Of a stretch of 64,000 bases of DNA, positions 1-9,391 are shown piece by piece (the first letter of the stretch is position 1; each line of letters opens with the position of its first letter). The notes under the pieces are model-generated. The model had not been told where the DNA came from. It did no database searches and worked only from the letters and a program-made list of their open reading frames with translations. Made by a program: the position numbers and the translations under genes. This stretch comes from a virus (lineage: Duplodnaviria; Caudoviricetes), in IMG/VR virus record IMGVR_UViG_3300032280_000442, positions 64,001-128,000 of that record, one strand, 5' to 3'.

Positions 1-7
1 GTTTAAA

Positions 8-478
8 TTATATTTCTTCTCCGAAGATATCATCCGTCCAATTCTGAGGAACAAGAATGATTATATATCCTTGTCTAACTTCAATTGATGATTCCGGTAC
101 TATTCCTTCAAGTTGTTCCATTATCTCAGGTTTATCCTTGAAAACAACTCTCAACTTACCATCGGGAGCGGTGTCAACAACCTTATGGTTAAACCCGTCC
201 ATAACTTCCTTGAATCTGTCAAGTCCAACTTTTTCAAACTCTTCCTGTTCATCATCAGAATCAATATCTAAGTCTCCACCTAAAAATCTTTCAGGGACAT
301 TACTCTCCCCACCACTTTTTAGATATTCAATTTCTTCATCAGTCATACCCTCAAGACCAACCTCGTTATATAAATCTAAAATAATATCGTAGTAGTCCAT
401 ATCGAACTGTTCATTCATAATTCTCATTACAATATTTCTTAAATCAGATTCTGTTAATTTTATAATTTTCTTTTTCAT
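8..478 (-). CDS. hypothetical acidic protein with MKKKIIKLTESDL leader
   Basis: ORF track; leader ...LTESDLRNIVMRIMNEQ; TATTTAT motif at ~493-499. Confidence 0.85.
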   Translation of the reverse strand: MKKKIIKLTESDLRNIVMRIMNEQFDMDYYDIILDLYNEVGLEGMTDEEIEYLKSGGESNVPERFLGGDLDIDSDDEQEEFEKVGLDRFKEVMDGFNHKVVDTAPDGKLRVVFKDKPEIMEQLEGIVPESSIEVRQGYIIILVPQNWTDDIFGEEI

Positions 479-512
479 TTTAATTGTTTAATATAAATAT
501 GTGGTTATTCTG

Positions 513-833
513 TTACTGACATTGTTTATCGTAAAAATTCCTAAGATAATATCCAAAATTATGTACCATAAAATTATATAAATCATCTTTAGTTTTATTA
601 TCGACATCTTCACTAGTACTTTGATAAAAATCATCAATAAGGTCTTGAACCATCATATCACAAATATCACTAATGAAATTACCTACACTATCGTATTCAC
701 AAGCATTATTATTTTCTAAAATTGAAAATTCCAAATGGTTTTTAATTACATTATAATCATATCTTCTACGAAATGCAATTGGTATATTCTCCATCAATAA
801 ATCTTCCTGTCTCTCAGTAATTATTATTTTCAT
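513..833 (-). CDS. hypothetical protein with MKIIITE leader
   Basis: ORF in tightly packed operon. Confidence 0.85.
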   Translation of the reverse strand: MKIIITERQEDLLMENIPIAFRRRYDYNVIKNHLEFSILENNNACEYDSVGNFISDICDMMVQDLIDDFYQSTSEDVDNKTKDDLYNFMVHNFGYYLRNFYDKQCQ

Positions 834-840
834 TTAGACG

Positions 841-1161
841 TTATAAATAAATTTTAGTTATATAAATTTTCGCATTAGGAATCCATTGCTCAATACTATA
901 TTCAATCATTGGTAAAATTATTTCAAAATCTTCTCTATCTGTATTTAAATAAAGATTAACATTAACACTAATACCATCAGTTATTTTTATTTCATCAACA
1001 ACAATCTTTTCAACGGAACCAACCTCATTAATTTCATCCATTTCACCCAAACCCCACTCTTCATCAGCCTCTTGACGTAAGTTATTTAACTCATCATCAA
1101 GAATTTCTTGTACTAAAGTTTTTATTTGTCCAACTTTACTTTCTGTAATTATTATTTTCAT
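841..1161 (-). CDS. hypothetical protein with MKIIITE leader
   Basis: ORF; ATGA overlap with upstream gene. Confidence 0.85.
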   Translation of the reverse strand: MKIIITESKVGQIKTLVQEILDDELNNLRQEADEEWGLGEMDEINEVGSVEKIVVDEIKITDGISVNVNLYLNTDREDFEIILPMIEYSIEQWIPNAKIYITKIYL

Positions 1162-1523
1162 TCTTCAACCAATTTATTAATTATTTCACTTAAACTAATT
1201 CCCAACATATCAATATTAAGCATCGACAAGAAATCATAATAGTCAATTTCATAACCGGTACTTGTATCCACAATAAACCAAATTTGTTTTTCTTGTTTCT
1301 GAACCAAATAGTTATGTCCGTGAATATTTGAGAATAAGTACATCGGACCATAGTTATTTTGATAATGATTAAAAACATCTTTTCTATCACCAAATACATT
1401 ATGTTTTTCTGAACCGGTTAAATTCTCCCAACTTGTAATCATCTCAACACGATGGGTCAAATCATACCCAACATATTTGTTGATTAAGTTTTTAAATTTA
1501 TTTTCGGAAATTATTATTTTCAT
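1158..1523 (-). CDS. hypothetical protein with MKIIISENK leader
   Basis: ORF in operon. Confidence 0.85.
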   Translation of the reverse strand: MKIIISENKFKNLINKYVGYDLTHRVEMITSWENLTGSEKHNVFGDRKDVFNHYQNNYGPMYLFSNIHGHNYLVQKQEKQIWFIVDTSTGYEIDYYDFLSMLNIDMLGISLSEIINKLVEE

Positions 1524-1524
1524 A

Positions 1525-1944
1525 TTAACTACCTGTATTTAATCCGGGACAACGACCACCTTTACAAGGAGATTTAGGACCATTATCACTACCCCAAAAA
1601 GTTCTTTCCCCTTTTGGTTCAGGAGCTTCAGCAGCATTCTTCTTTGTTAAATCATCAAACTCTTTATACCATTGGTCAAAAGTTTGTCCTTTTTTCTTAC
1701 CTTCAGAATTATCATAAGATTTTTTCCAAACAATTTTATTTCTTTCTTTCTTTAAAGAATCTTTAACAGCAAACGCTTTAGCCCTTTCTTGACGTAGAGC
1801 CTCTGCCTTTTCTTTATTAAGTTCAATTTGTTTTAACCTTTGTTGTTGAGGTGTTAGAATAGTAGTCGTATTCCCACTTGATACCGGAGGTGTTGGTTGT
1901 TCAACCAAATTGTAATACTGAGATTCTGTGATTCTTATTTTCAT
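1525..1944 (-). CDS. basic coiled-coil protein with MKIRITESQY leader; paralog of the C-terminal half of 48243..48965
   Basis: ORF; TATTTAT motif ~4 nt upstream; shared SG(N/T)TT...I(E/K)LNKEK...KDS pattern. Confidence 0.85.
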   Translation of the reverse strand: MKIRITESQYYNLVEQPTPPVSSGNTTTILTPQQQRLKQIELNKEKAEALRQERAKAFAVKDSLKKERNKIVWKKSYDNSEGKKKGQTFDQWYKEFDDLTKKNAAEAPEPKGERTFWGSDNGPKSPCKGGRCPGLNTGS

Positions 1945-1948
1945 ATTA

Positions 1949-2017
1949 ATAAATATCCCCCAACTCCGAAATAAAAGGGGGCGGGGGGATTTGAAAACGA
2001 CCGGAGGGAGTTCGGGT
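1949..2017. repeat. dispersed GC-rich intergenic repeat A, copy 1
   Basis: ataaatatcccccaactccgaaataaaagggggcggggggatttgaaaacgaccggagggagttcgggt, near-identical to 5760-5828 and partly to 5361-5435. Confidence 0.9.
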
Positions 2018-2094
2018 CCGGAAAGACATAAAAAAAATTCACTGGATTATTTACTAGGTTAAAAATAATTACTATCTTTACAAAAAAAATAAAG

Positions 2095-2541
2095 ATGGAA
2101 AAAATTATAAAATTGTTAGAAGAACATAGACAAGAGTTCTTAAATGTGGTGGATAATTTCTATGATGAAAAATACCCAACAAAAAAACCAAAAACCCTAT
2201 GTACATTTAAAGTTGCGGGAAAACATTACGATAGTGACGTATTCACAAAAAATTATAGGTCGTTCTTATCGGATTTGACCTCATCGATGGGTCCCAAAGC
2301 ATTTAAAAAAGTTTTGGGGAGATATGTGGAATTCGACCCAAAAGATTTTCCTAAATCAGTTTTAGAAAGAGGACAATACGAACAAATCAATGACGCATTC
2401 TACTTATCCACATATTCCTCAACAGAAACAAAAATAAGTCACATTGTAGATTTATGTGAATTCTTAGATATTCCATTAGAATTAGAATATCCAAAAACTT
2501 ACTACACCGACATCGCAAGACAATTAGGTATTATACAATAA
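2095..2541 (+). CDS. hypothetical protein, C-terminus weakly SeqA-like
   Basis: ORF; FYLSTYSSTETKISHIVDLCEFL; TATCTTTA promoter variant upstream. Confidence 0.8.
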   Translation: MEKIIKLLEEHRQEFLNVVDNFYDEKYPTKKPKTLCTFKVAGKHYDSDVFTKNYRSFLSDLTSSMGPKAFKKVLGRYVEFDPKDFPKSVLERGQYEQINDAFYLSTYSSTETKISHIVDLCEFLDIPLELEYPKTYYTDIARQLGIIQ

Positions 2542-2546
2542 AAAAC

Positions 2547-2573
2547 AAACCCCTTCTTTTCAGAGGGGGTTTT
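2547..2573. terminator. bidirectional intrinsic terminator
   Basis: aaaccccttc-tttt-cagagggggtttt between convergent genes. Confidence 0.75.
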
Positions 2574-2576
2574 AAT

Positions 2577-2864
2577 TTATTTTTTGCGGATAAAAGTGAA
2601 AGACCCTTTTCCGTCAGTTCTTTTATAAGTTTTTCCTGATGGGTCGGAACTTAAATCTTTAACTCCTTCAATGTTACGTTCAGATGTGTTATTTAAGTTA
2701 GTAATAATTATCTTATCACCATTTACTCTATCAATTTTAAGAGATTGGTTTTGAGATTTTAATCCGTTGGTTACCATATTTCCAATGAAGACATTTCCTG
2801 AACCAATCATAAGACCTTGTTCTGAAATTAAATCATATTGTGATTCTGTTATAATAATTTTCAT
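2577..2864 (-). CDS. hypothetical protein with MKIIITESQY leader (start corrected to 2864)
   Basis: leader ATG at 2864 with TATTTAT immediately upstream. Confidence 0.8.
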   Translation of the reverse strand: MKIIITESQYDLISEQGLMIGSGNVFIGNMVTNGLKSQNQSLKIDRVNGDKIIITNLNNTSERNIEGVKDLSSDPSGKTYKRTDGKGSFTFIRKK

Positions 2865-2895
2865 ATTAATAAATATACACCAATCCAAAAAAAAA

Positions 2896-3333
2896 TTACA
2901 CCTTACCAAACATATCAAAGAACTTATCCTTGTTTGTTCTTTCGGGGGGAAAGATAAATGACTGAACGTGAAAGGATACAAATTCCATCTCACTACCATA
3001 GGTCATTTTAAAATAATCCCCAATCTCCTTACCGTATTCATTCTTACTTTTCTTCATTCCATTATGATTATCAAAATATAAATCAATACCAACCAAATAC
3101 TTGTATACCGGGTCAAAAGTCATTGGGTTATAAACAGTCTGTTCTCTATACCCAACCGAAACAATATTCAAAATCTCGGGACACATCTTTACAACAACAT
3201 CCTTGAATGTTGAAGGAATAACAATTTCCTTATTATCAGGAAATTCATTGAAGGTAGGTTCCGGTGTGGCAATCCGAGACGGAACACCAACATAGGGTCC
3301 ATCATAAAATAAAATATTATCTTCGTTTTCCAT
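2896..3333 (-). CDS. hypothetical protein (start MENEDN at 3333)
   Basis: ORF following the lipoprotein gene. Confidence 0.75.
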   Translation of the reverse strand: MENEDNILFYDGPYVGVPSRIATPEPTFNEFPDNKEIVIPSTFKDVVVKMCPEILNIVSVGYREQTVYNPMTFDPVYKYLVGIDLYFDNHNGMKKSKNEYGKEIGDYFKMTYGSEMEFVSFHVQSFIFPPERTNKDKFFDMFGKV

Positions 3334-3340
3334 ACTATCT

Positions 3341-3766
3341 CTATAATTGAATTGGTAATAATCTTTCAGGTAGATATTGTTCAGGACAAACAATGGTTAT
3401 ACTATCAATGTAACCCGGATAATCCAATAAGTAACTCATATCCACCTCATAGGTTTCCCTATAGTTCAACACAATATACGGAGTGGTAACCTTATTGTCA
3501 ATTTTGATTCGAACCTTTTCAAAATCAAATTGCATAAAACGATATTCTCCATTAACTTCACCCATCAGTTTTACAACCGTTGAGGTTTCACTCTCGGAAC
3601 TCACCGAACCGGCAATCAAAAAGAACGAACCCGATGTGTGAGTCTCCGTCACATCCTTATTGACCAACTGTCTCAAATAAATTCTATCACTATGATAATC
3701 TTTATATTCCCTTGGCTGACATCCAACCATCAACAACACAGCAAATAATAACAATAACTTTTTCAT
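3341..3766 (-). CDS. putative lipoprotein
   Basis: MKKLLLLFAVLLMVG-C lipobox; TATCTTTG promoter at 3784-3791. Confidence 0.8.
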   Translation of the reverse strand: MKKLLLLFAVLLMVGCQPREYKDYHSDRIYLRQLVNKDVTETHTSGSFFLIAGSVSSESETSTVVKLMGEVNGEYRFMQFDFEKVRIKIDNKVTTPYIVLNYRETYEVDMSYLLDYPGYIDSITIVCPEQYLPERLLPIQL

Positions 3767-3783
3767 CTTAATATATTTTTAAA

Positions 3784-3814
3784 CAAAGATACAAATAAAA
3801 AACCCCACAATCAA
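3784..3814 (-). promoter_or_regulatory. Bacteroidota sigmaA-type promoter (TTG-N20-TATCTTTG)
   Basis: matches the -33/-7 consensus. Confidence 0.7.
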
Positions 3815-3826
3815 GTGGGGGTTAAT
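3792..3826. terminator. terminator hairpin, duplicated at 4191-4224
   Basis: caaataaaaaaccccacaatcaagtggggg ttaat. Confidence 0.8.
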
Positions 3827-3830
3827 TTTT

Positions 3831-4133
3831 TTACTCAGCAGAATCAAATAGCTGATTCCATCTCTTACCTTCTTCGTATGGATTACTAACATACTTGTTA
3901 AGTTCCACCATCGCCTCACTTACATTCGTAAATGGAATCTCCTTACATCCTACTCTAACAACACACCCCACACTCAAGAAACGAAGTTCAATAGTGTACT
4001 CTCTTAAGATTTGTTGTTTGTTCGGAATGTACTCTTTAGTTAATTCCCCTCCGTTACCTGTTGGTCTTGATTCAGACATCATTGGTCTGTCCCCAATTTC
4101 TCTCGGTCTTTCTGTTACGTCTTCTCCGTACAT
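3831..4133 (-). CDS. hypothetical protein (likely start MYGEDV at 4133)
   Basis: ORF flanked by duplicated terminators. Confidence 0.75.
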   Translation of the reverse strand: MYGEDVTERPREIGDRPMMSESRPTGNGGELTKEYIPNKQQILREYTIELRFLSVGCVVRVGCKEIPFTNVSEAMVELNKYVSNPYEEGKRWNQLFDSAE

Positions 4134-4190
4134 AATATTTTTGATTAATAATTTATAATACCCAAACATAGACATTTGACTTTTAATAGT

Positions 4191-4224
4191 CAAATAAAAA
4201 ACCCCACAATCAAGTGGGGTTAAT
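4191..4224. terminator. terminator hairpin, duplicate of 3792-3826
   Basis: caaataaaaaaccccacaatcaagtggggttaat. Confidence 0.8.
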
Positions 4225-4225
4225 A

Positions 4226-5356
4226 TTATTTTATTTTTTTACTAATAGTCAGGATTCTATCTGTTGGTGAATAAACTGGTGGTTCAGGACTTTCCCAATA
4301 TCTACGACCCTGTATTATTTTATAATTACGGTATATTGGTCCATTTGATATTAAGATATAATCTGACTTATACGACAATTTAGGTGGTCTATTCCTATGT
4401 GAAAATGGAATATAATATTTACCATCTAAAGTATAGATTCCATTATTTTTAGCATTTACCGGTTGAAAAATTATTTTTTTCCCTTCATTCTCAACCACAA
4501 TTATTTCAGAATAATCGGTTTTTGTTGACGGACAAAAATTTTGAACAACTCTTGAATTAGGTAAGAATTTTTGAATATACGGTTCATAATTACTTTTAGA
4601 CATAAAAGTTGGTTTATAACTAATATTTTTAAGTAAAGTATTTAAAAATTCACCTTTAAATAACATTTCTCTTTTATCGTACACCCATTGAACAAAATCG
4701 TTATGTTCAAAAGTTTTCATTTGTTTAATATACGATTTAATAATTAAACTTATTGGGTCGTTTTCAAATATAACATAATTAAGTTTTGACCAACTAACAC
4801 CATTTTCATTAATAGAATTTGGTAGTGGATAAATATTTAAAAATCCTTCGGTTTTATCACAATATTTTGAATCATAAACACCATAATTATCACCATAGAT
4901 TTCTTTTAATGATTTTTCAATAACATTACGAAGGTCTTTACAGTAATTGTTATCACAATAACCTTTGTTAGACCTATAAACTTTTGAACGTTCATAAAAT
5001 AATCGTTCAGTTTCTTTCTCAGATAACTTACCAATATGTCGTTCAAACTTTTCATCAAAATTAATATTATATTTTCTTCTAATATCTGATAAATTCATAT
5101 AAAAATTTGAATTACCTGATTTTTGAACCAAATCTGCATCAAATATATATTCCTTCCCTGTTGTAATATCTGTGAATATAAACATTTCAGTTTCCGGATT
5201 TTTTTCAAATCGTCCCGTTGACTTAAATTGGACCATATAAATTCCAAACTGAGGTAATAAATGAGGTTCACTAAACCCATTAAAATCAATACTCTGAGTT
5301 TGTTCCTCAATCTCCTTTAATATTCTATACTGTTCTTCTGTTATAATAATTTTCAT
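4226..5356 (-). CDS. hypothetical 376-aa protein with MKIIITEEQY leader
   Basis: long ORF; TATTTAT at 5361-5367. Confidence 0.9.
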   Translation of the reverse strand: MKIIITEEQYRILKEIEEQTQSIDFNGFSEPHLLPQFGIYMVQFKSTGRFEKNPETEMFIFTDITTGKEYIFDADLVQKSGNSNFYMNLSDIRRKYNINFDEKFERHIGKLSEKETERLFYERSKVYRSNKGYCDNNYCKDLRNVIEKSLKEIYGDNYGVYDSKYCDKTEGFLNIYPLPNSINENGVSWSKLNYVIFENDPISLIIKSYIKQMKTFEHNDFVQWVYDKREMLFKGEFLNTLLKNISYKPTFMSKSNYEPYIQKFLPNSRVVQNFCPSTKTDYSEIIVVENEGKKIIFQPVNAKNNGIYTLDGKYYIPFSHRNRPPKLSYKSDYILISNGPIYRNYKIIQGRRYWESPEPPVYSPTDRILTISKKIK

Positions 5357-5360
5357 ATAT

Positions 5361-5435
5361 ATAAATATACACCAACATCAAAAAAAGGGGGCGGGGGGAT
5401 TTGAGAACGACCGAAGGGAGTCCGGACGGGGAAAG
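5361..5435. repeat. dispersed repeat A, copy 2 (partial)
   Basis: aaaagggggcggggggatttgagaacgaccgaagggagtccgg. Confidence 0.85.
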
Positions 5436-5437
5436 GT

Positions 5438-5755
5438 TTAATTTAAGTCTCTTACAAACAAATTCATATATGGTGAATTAGGTTCACCAAATTTATTGGC
5501 AACATATTCTTTACAGATATAAATCAAAGCTTCTTCATACATCCCAAACATACTTTTAGCCGTTTTAAAATCACTAATGTCAAATCTTATTGCTTCACTT
5601 TCCGTATTATATTCAAAAGCAATACGACCATCATCATTCATATATTCATACAGAACGTGGGGTGACATCATAGTAACCGGTCGTCGGGTGCGTTTCTTAT
5701 AACCCTTATAGGTCATATCAAAATATTTAAAGATGAGTTCTTTCTTTCTGTTCAT
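5438..5755 (-). CDS. hypothetical protein (LIFKYFD...MFG paralog family)
   Basis: ORF bracketed by repeat A copies. Confidence 0.8.
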   Translation of the reverse strand: MNRKKELIFKYFDMTYKGYKKRTRRPVTMMSPHVLYEYMNDDGRIAFEYNTESEAIRFDISDFKTAKSMFGMYEEALIYICKEYVANKFGEPNSPYMNLFVRDLN

Positions 5756-5759
5756 ACAA

Positions 5760-5828
5760 ATAAATATCCCCCAACTCCGAAATAAAAGGGGGAGGGGGGA
5801 TTGAGGACCGACCGGAGGGAGTTCGGGT
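5760..5828. repeat. dispersed repeat A, copy 3
   Basis: near-identical to 1949-2017. Confidence 0.9.
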
Positions 5829-6718
5829 TATGTGAGGTTTGTCAACAATATACAAATCACCGGACAACTATAACTCTTTTCGCCGGTAGACTTATGGTCA
5901 TACACATAATCCACAACGCGGGGGTCATCAAAATTAATATCCCCAACAATCCCCTCAATACCATCCAACTCATACTTCCCATCAATATCAACAACAAACA
6001 ATCTCGGAACATTAGAAAACCGGGACTCATCACCATACATCATAAGATATCTACATACCTCATACGGATTCTCAATGGCAACATCCCTCCAATCATCACC
6101 GTACTCTTTCTTAAATTGGTTGGTAACACTTCTCGATACCTTTTGGTCAAACCCAATTCCATTTATATAGAAATCAATTCCCCCCCTATGAGAAAACGTG
6201 GGGATGACATCAATACTACTGTTGAATATCAAATACTCTATATAGTCATTCCTCAATGTGTTGAAGATTTTCAAATAAGTAAATTTCTCAATGTCATTCT
6301 TTACCTTATCCAATGAACTCTCAAATTTATCAACATCCCCAACAGAGGGGTATACCACATTCTTTACAAGATAGTCATCAAAGTTATTGGATACAAATGG
6401 AAAGTTGTAATCACCATAGGAATACTTATCCCTATAATACTTGAATAGTTCCTTAGCTCCCTGTCCCCTCTTATACTTGTCACTCAAGACAAACATATTT
6501 CTCAATACATCCCGACATACCTCATATTCCCAATGACTTACAATGTAATCAGTTACATCCCCAATCTTTGAAAGGTCCAAAACCTCAACTCCCTTACGAT
6601 TATTCTTAACGGGAAGATTCCACTCACCCTTCATATTCCATAGGAATAACTCCTGAGTGGTTTTCCCCCCAAGAATCAACTTAACCTGTTCTCTGTTTAT
6701 TTCGTATTTTATATTCAT
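5828..6718 (-). CDS. putative PD-(D/E)xK nuclease, restriction-endonuclease-like (start MNIKYE at 6718)
   Basis: E...GIDFYINGIGFDQKVS motif; TTTG-N20-TATCTTTG promoter 6723-6754. Confidence 0.6.
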   Translation of the reverse strand: MNIKYEINREQVKLILGGKTTQELFLWNMKGEWNLPVKNNRKGVEVLDLSKIGDVTDYIVSHWEYEVCRDVLRNMFVLSDKYKRGQGAKELFKYYRDKYSYGDYNFPFVSNNFDDYLVKNVVYPSVGDVDKFESSLDKVKNDIEKFTYLKIFNTLRNDYIEYLIFNSSIDVIPTFSHRGGIDFYINGIGFDQKVSRSVTNQFKKEYGDDWRDVAIENPYEVCRYLMMYGDESRFSNVPRLFVVDIDGKYELDGIEGIVGDINFDDPRVVDYVYDHKSTGEKSYSCPVICILLTNLT

Positions 6719-6745
6719 AGAACAAAGATAATACATTCCCCCGAA

Positions 6746-6778
6746 TTTCCCAAAAATTTTTCCAGAAATTTTTTTTCA
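6746..6778. repeat. phased A/T-tract repeat, copy 1 (copy 2 at 7193-7224)
   Basis: tttcccaaaaattttt..agaaatttttt..ca. Confidence 0.8.
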
Positions 6779-6843
6779 CTATTTGACCCCCATATATATT
6801 AACCGGATATAAAAAAACCCCTCCGTTGAAGAGGGGGTCTTAA

Positions 6844-7143
6844 TTATAATGTTTCGATATACCACCGAATGTCCGGTCTTTGTTTTTTAAGTAACCTAAT
6901 CGTCTTCTCACATTCTTTCCTGTTGTCAAATACCTCAGGAAATTCACCATCACCCATTCTCCTTCTAAATTCCTTAGTATTTGGTACGGCAGAGAATCCA
7001 CCGTCACCCGTATAAATAAACATACCCTTTCCTCTTAAATGGTCAGCATCACCATAAATAACATACCCCGATTCAGATTCCATCAATACTCTCCTAATCA
7101 AATTAGTTAAATCCGATTCCGTTAATCTTATAACTTTTTTCAT
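6844..7143 (-). CDS. hypothetical protein with MKKVIRLTESDL leader
   Basis: start at 7143; TATTTAT upstream. Confidence 0.85.
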   Translation of the reverse strand: MKKVIRLTESDLTNLIRRVLMESESGYVIYGDADHLRGKGMFIYTGDGGFSAVPNTKEFRRRMGDGEFPEVFDNRKECEKTIRLLKKQRPDIRWYIETL

Positions 7144-7169
7144 AATATACATTTATAAATAAATATATA

Positions 7170-7450
7170 CACCCCATATATTGGGGGATTTTTTTCCCAA
7201 AAATTTTTTATAGAAATTTTTTCATCCATACTTTGTTTAAGGGATTATCCCCCTATATAGGAGAAAAAAGGGGGAAGGAGGGGAGGGGGGATACCCCCAC
7301 CGGTAGAGAGGGAGGGGTGTAGGGGGGAGATATGGGGGGTGGTGGAATAAAAAACCCCCCTGTAAAAGATAGGAGGGGAGGGTGTATATTTGTTATATCC
7401 AAATAAAGTTATCAACCTGACAGGGTGACATATGTTAATAACTTCTGATA
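7170..7450. other. G-run-rich non-coding element; candidate replication origin or genome end
   Basis: multiple G4-G7 runs, gggggggataccccc, A-tracts, TGTTAATAA box; synonymous skew flips across it. Confidence 0.45.
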
Positions 7451-7451
7451 A

Positions 7452-7922
7452 CTATCTCATTAAGTATCCGTTCACCTTTAGTTGTACAGGATAGACATAG
7501 ACTTGATTATTAAATGATGATTCAGATTCGTAGTATAGTTTATATTGTTCGGGTAGGTATTCGTATACGGTCCCAAGTAGTTGTACCACATCTTGTTGTA
7601 GTTTATATCCGGGATGGTCATTGTAATCCCCATAGTCATATTCTCTATCGAACTTAAGGTAGGAGAACAATGTATATATCTTTTCGTATTTGGGGTTCTC
7701 CTCTACATATTGTTTCCAATAGGGATTAACCGGAACATCTGTATATTCAGATAGTTTGTTGAGGTCTATTATTAAATCAATGTAGTGAGTTGATACATAT
7801 TGGTCCGTTGTATCATCCATATATCCAATAACAAATGGGTATGTCTTATTGAGTCCTTTGACTGCCATCTCAATACCCTTTCTTTTGATTGGGGTTATAT
7901 CCTTTGGTGTTGTTTCTTTCAT
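7452..7922 (-). CDS. hypothetical protein
   Basis: ORF; TATTTAT at ~7927-7933. Confidence 0.85.
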   Translation of the reverse strand: MKETTPKDITPIKRKGIEMAVKGLNKTYPFVIGYMDDTTDQYVSTHYIDLIIDLNKLSEYTDVPVNPYWKQYVEENPKYEKIYTLFSYLKFDREYDYGDYNDHPGYKLQQDVVQLLGTVYEYLPEQYKLYYESESSFNNQVYVYPVQLKVNGYLMR

Positions 7923-8023
7923 ACTAATAAATATATTGAAATAATGTTTGGTAGAGGTAAATTTATTTACCCGCCCGTTAGGAAGTCTAATTTATTATTC
8001 TTATCTTTGTATCACTGAATTGG

Positions 8024-8092
8024 TATAGAGCCCAACAGGGGGCGCGACGATGGGGTTGGAAGAGTAGACTCCACAGCGCTTTATATTTTTTT
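8024..8092 (+). ncRNA. candidate small structured RNA
   Basis: TATCTTTG promoter at 8002-8009; closing stem UAUAGAGC/GCUUUAUA, inner CCAAC/GUUGG and GAG/CUC stems; U-tract follows. Confidence 0.5.
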
Positions 8093-8253
8093 AATATAAA
8101 TCCCCCATCTTTACTGAGAATATAATAATTGACCCTACGTGGTTTTGAAAATTATTAGTAAAGAATCCCCCATTTATTTGAGAATGTCATAATTTATTTA
8201 TATATTTGTACTTTGACGGTGTTCATCACCGGTAACTATTGATATCTTAAACT

Positions 8254-8454
8254 ATGGAAGACTTTAAATCCGGATTTAATCCATTCTCATCTGAGAACAT
8301 AACTACGTTCCTAATTATATCTGTTATAATGGGGACACTACTTATATTGGTATTTGTAACTGAGAAGTTTATTATCCCCCGACTTAACCAAGAGAGTGGG
8401 TTTGTTAAGTTTTGGAAGAAACATATGATTAGTGTTAACCCCTTTGAGAAATAA
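8254..8454 (+). CDS. small single-TM membrane protein
   Basis: hydrophobic segment; TTTG(8177)-N20-TATATTTG(8201) promoter. Confidence 0.7.
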   Translation: MEDFKSGFNPFSSENITTFLIISVIMGTLLILVFVTEKFIIPRLNQESGFVKFWKKHMISVNPFEK

Positions 8455-8707
8455 ACTCCTCCACATAGTGTAGGGAATGGTTTCGTATCTCCATATTTAA
8501 ATCCTTATAATCCCCCTCATTCAGTGGGGACTCTTCATTAATTACAGTTATGACCTTCCACATATCACATTTGATAAGTTGAAGGACATCCTGCTTGATT
8601 CTCTTCCCCATCCTCTGATAGGAATATACACATTCTCCTATACCATAATCTACGATATAGGTCTCACCTGACATACTGACAGTGGGGTTAAATGATTTTA
8701 GGTACAT
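8435..8707 (-). CDS. hypothetical protein
   Basis: ORF; TATTTAT at ~8726-8732. Confidence 0.6.
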   Translation of the reverse strand: MYLKSFNPTVSMSGETYIVDYGIGECVYSYQRMGKRIKQDVLQLIKCDMWKVITVINEESPLNEGDYKDLNMEIRNHSLHYVEEFISQRG

Positions 8708-9391
8708 AATTGTTCATAACTTTTTATAAATATAGTTATCAACAATCCACTTGTACACACTGTCAGGGGGAAATGTTAATAACTTTTTCTGTTAAAATTC
8801 TTGATTTTGACAAAATGTCAGTCACGTTCGTCGATGGGGATAATCCCTTTACCACTATTTCCCCCCACTTATGATACAGGATTTACCACTTTTTACCACC
8901 ATTTATATCTCCCAGCATAGTGAGAAGTCAATTTTTCCCCTCTGTAGGTACTCTCAGGACCAATTATTTTGGTATATACGTTTCCCAGTAAAAAATGTAA
9001 GTAATGGTATAGTAGGCGTGGGAACCGTTAGGTGTTAGGAAGATTACTTCAACGACCACTTTAGTGGGGTTTAATTGACCCCTAATGAACGAACTCAATC
9101 ATCTATATATGGGACACCATAGAGACACAAAACACCATTAAAAGTTATGTTTCGTATCAGTGTAGTCAGTTTAAAACTCACAAGAATGATACAAAAGATA
9201 ACTTATTAAAACATCCCGTTAAAGTTCAAAATATGGGAATGTTCATTGCAAATGAAAATACGACTACAAATGAACACCATACCGGATAACTAATCGTGTC
9301 TCTCATAAGTCCCACTCTGTACGGGGGGACAGAATGTCCCCAATATAAATGGGGGGAAATATTCGTATTTATCCGTATATATACGAATGAG

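Noticed and set aside
490-500. TATAAATA as a canonical T4 late promoter
   Set aside because: It lies on the template strand relative to the adjacent genes; the consistent coding-strand motif is TATTTAT.
8024-8085. Hammerhead ribozyme
   Set aside because: CUGAnGA and GAAA core absent on both strands; kept only as an unassigned structured RNA.
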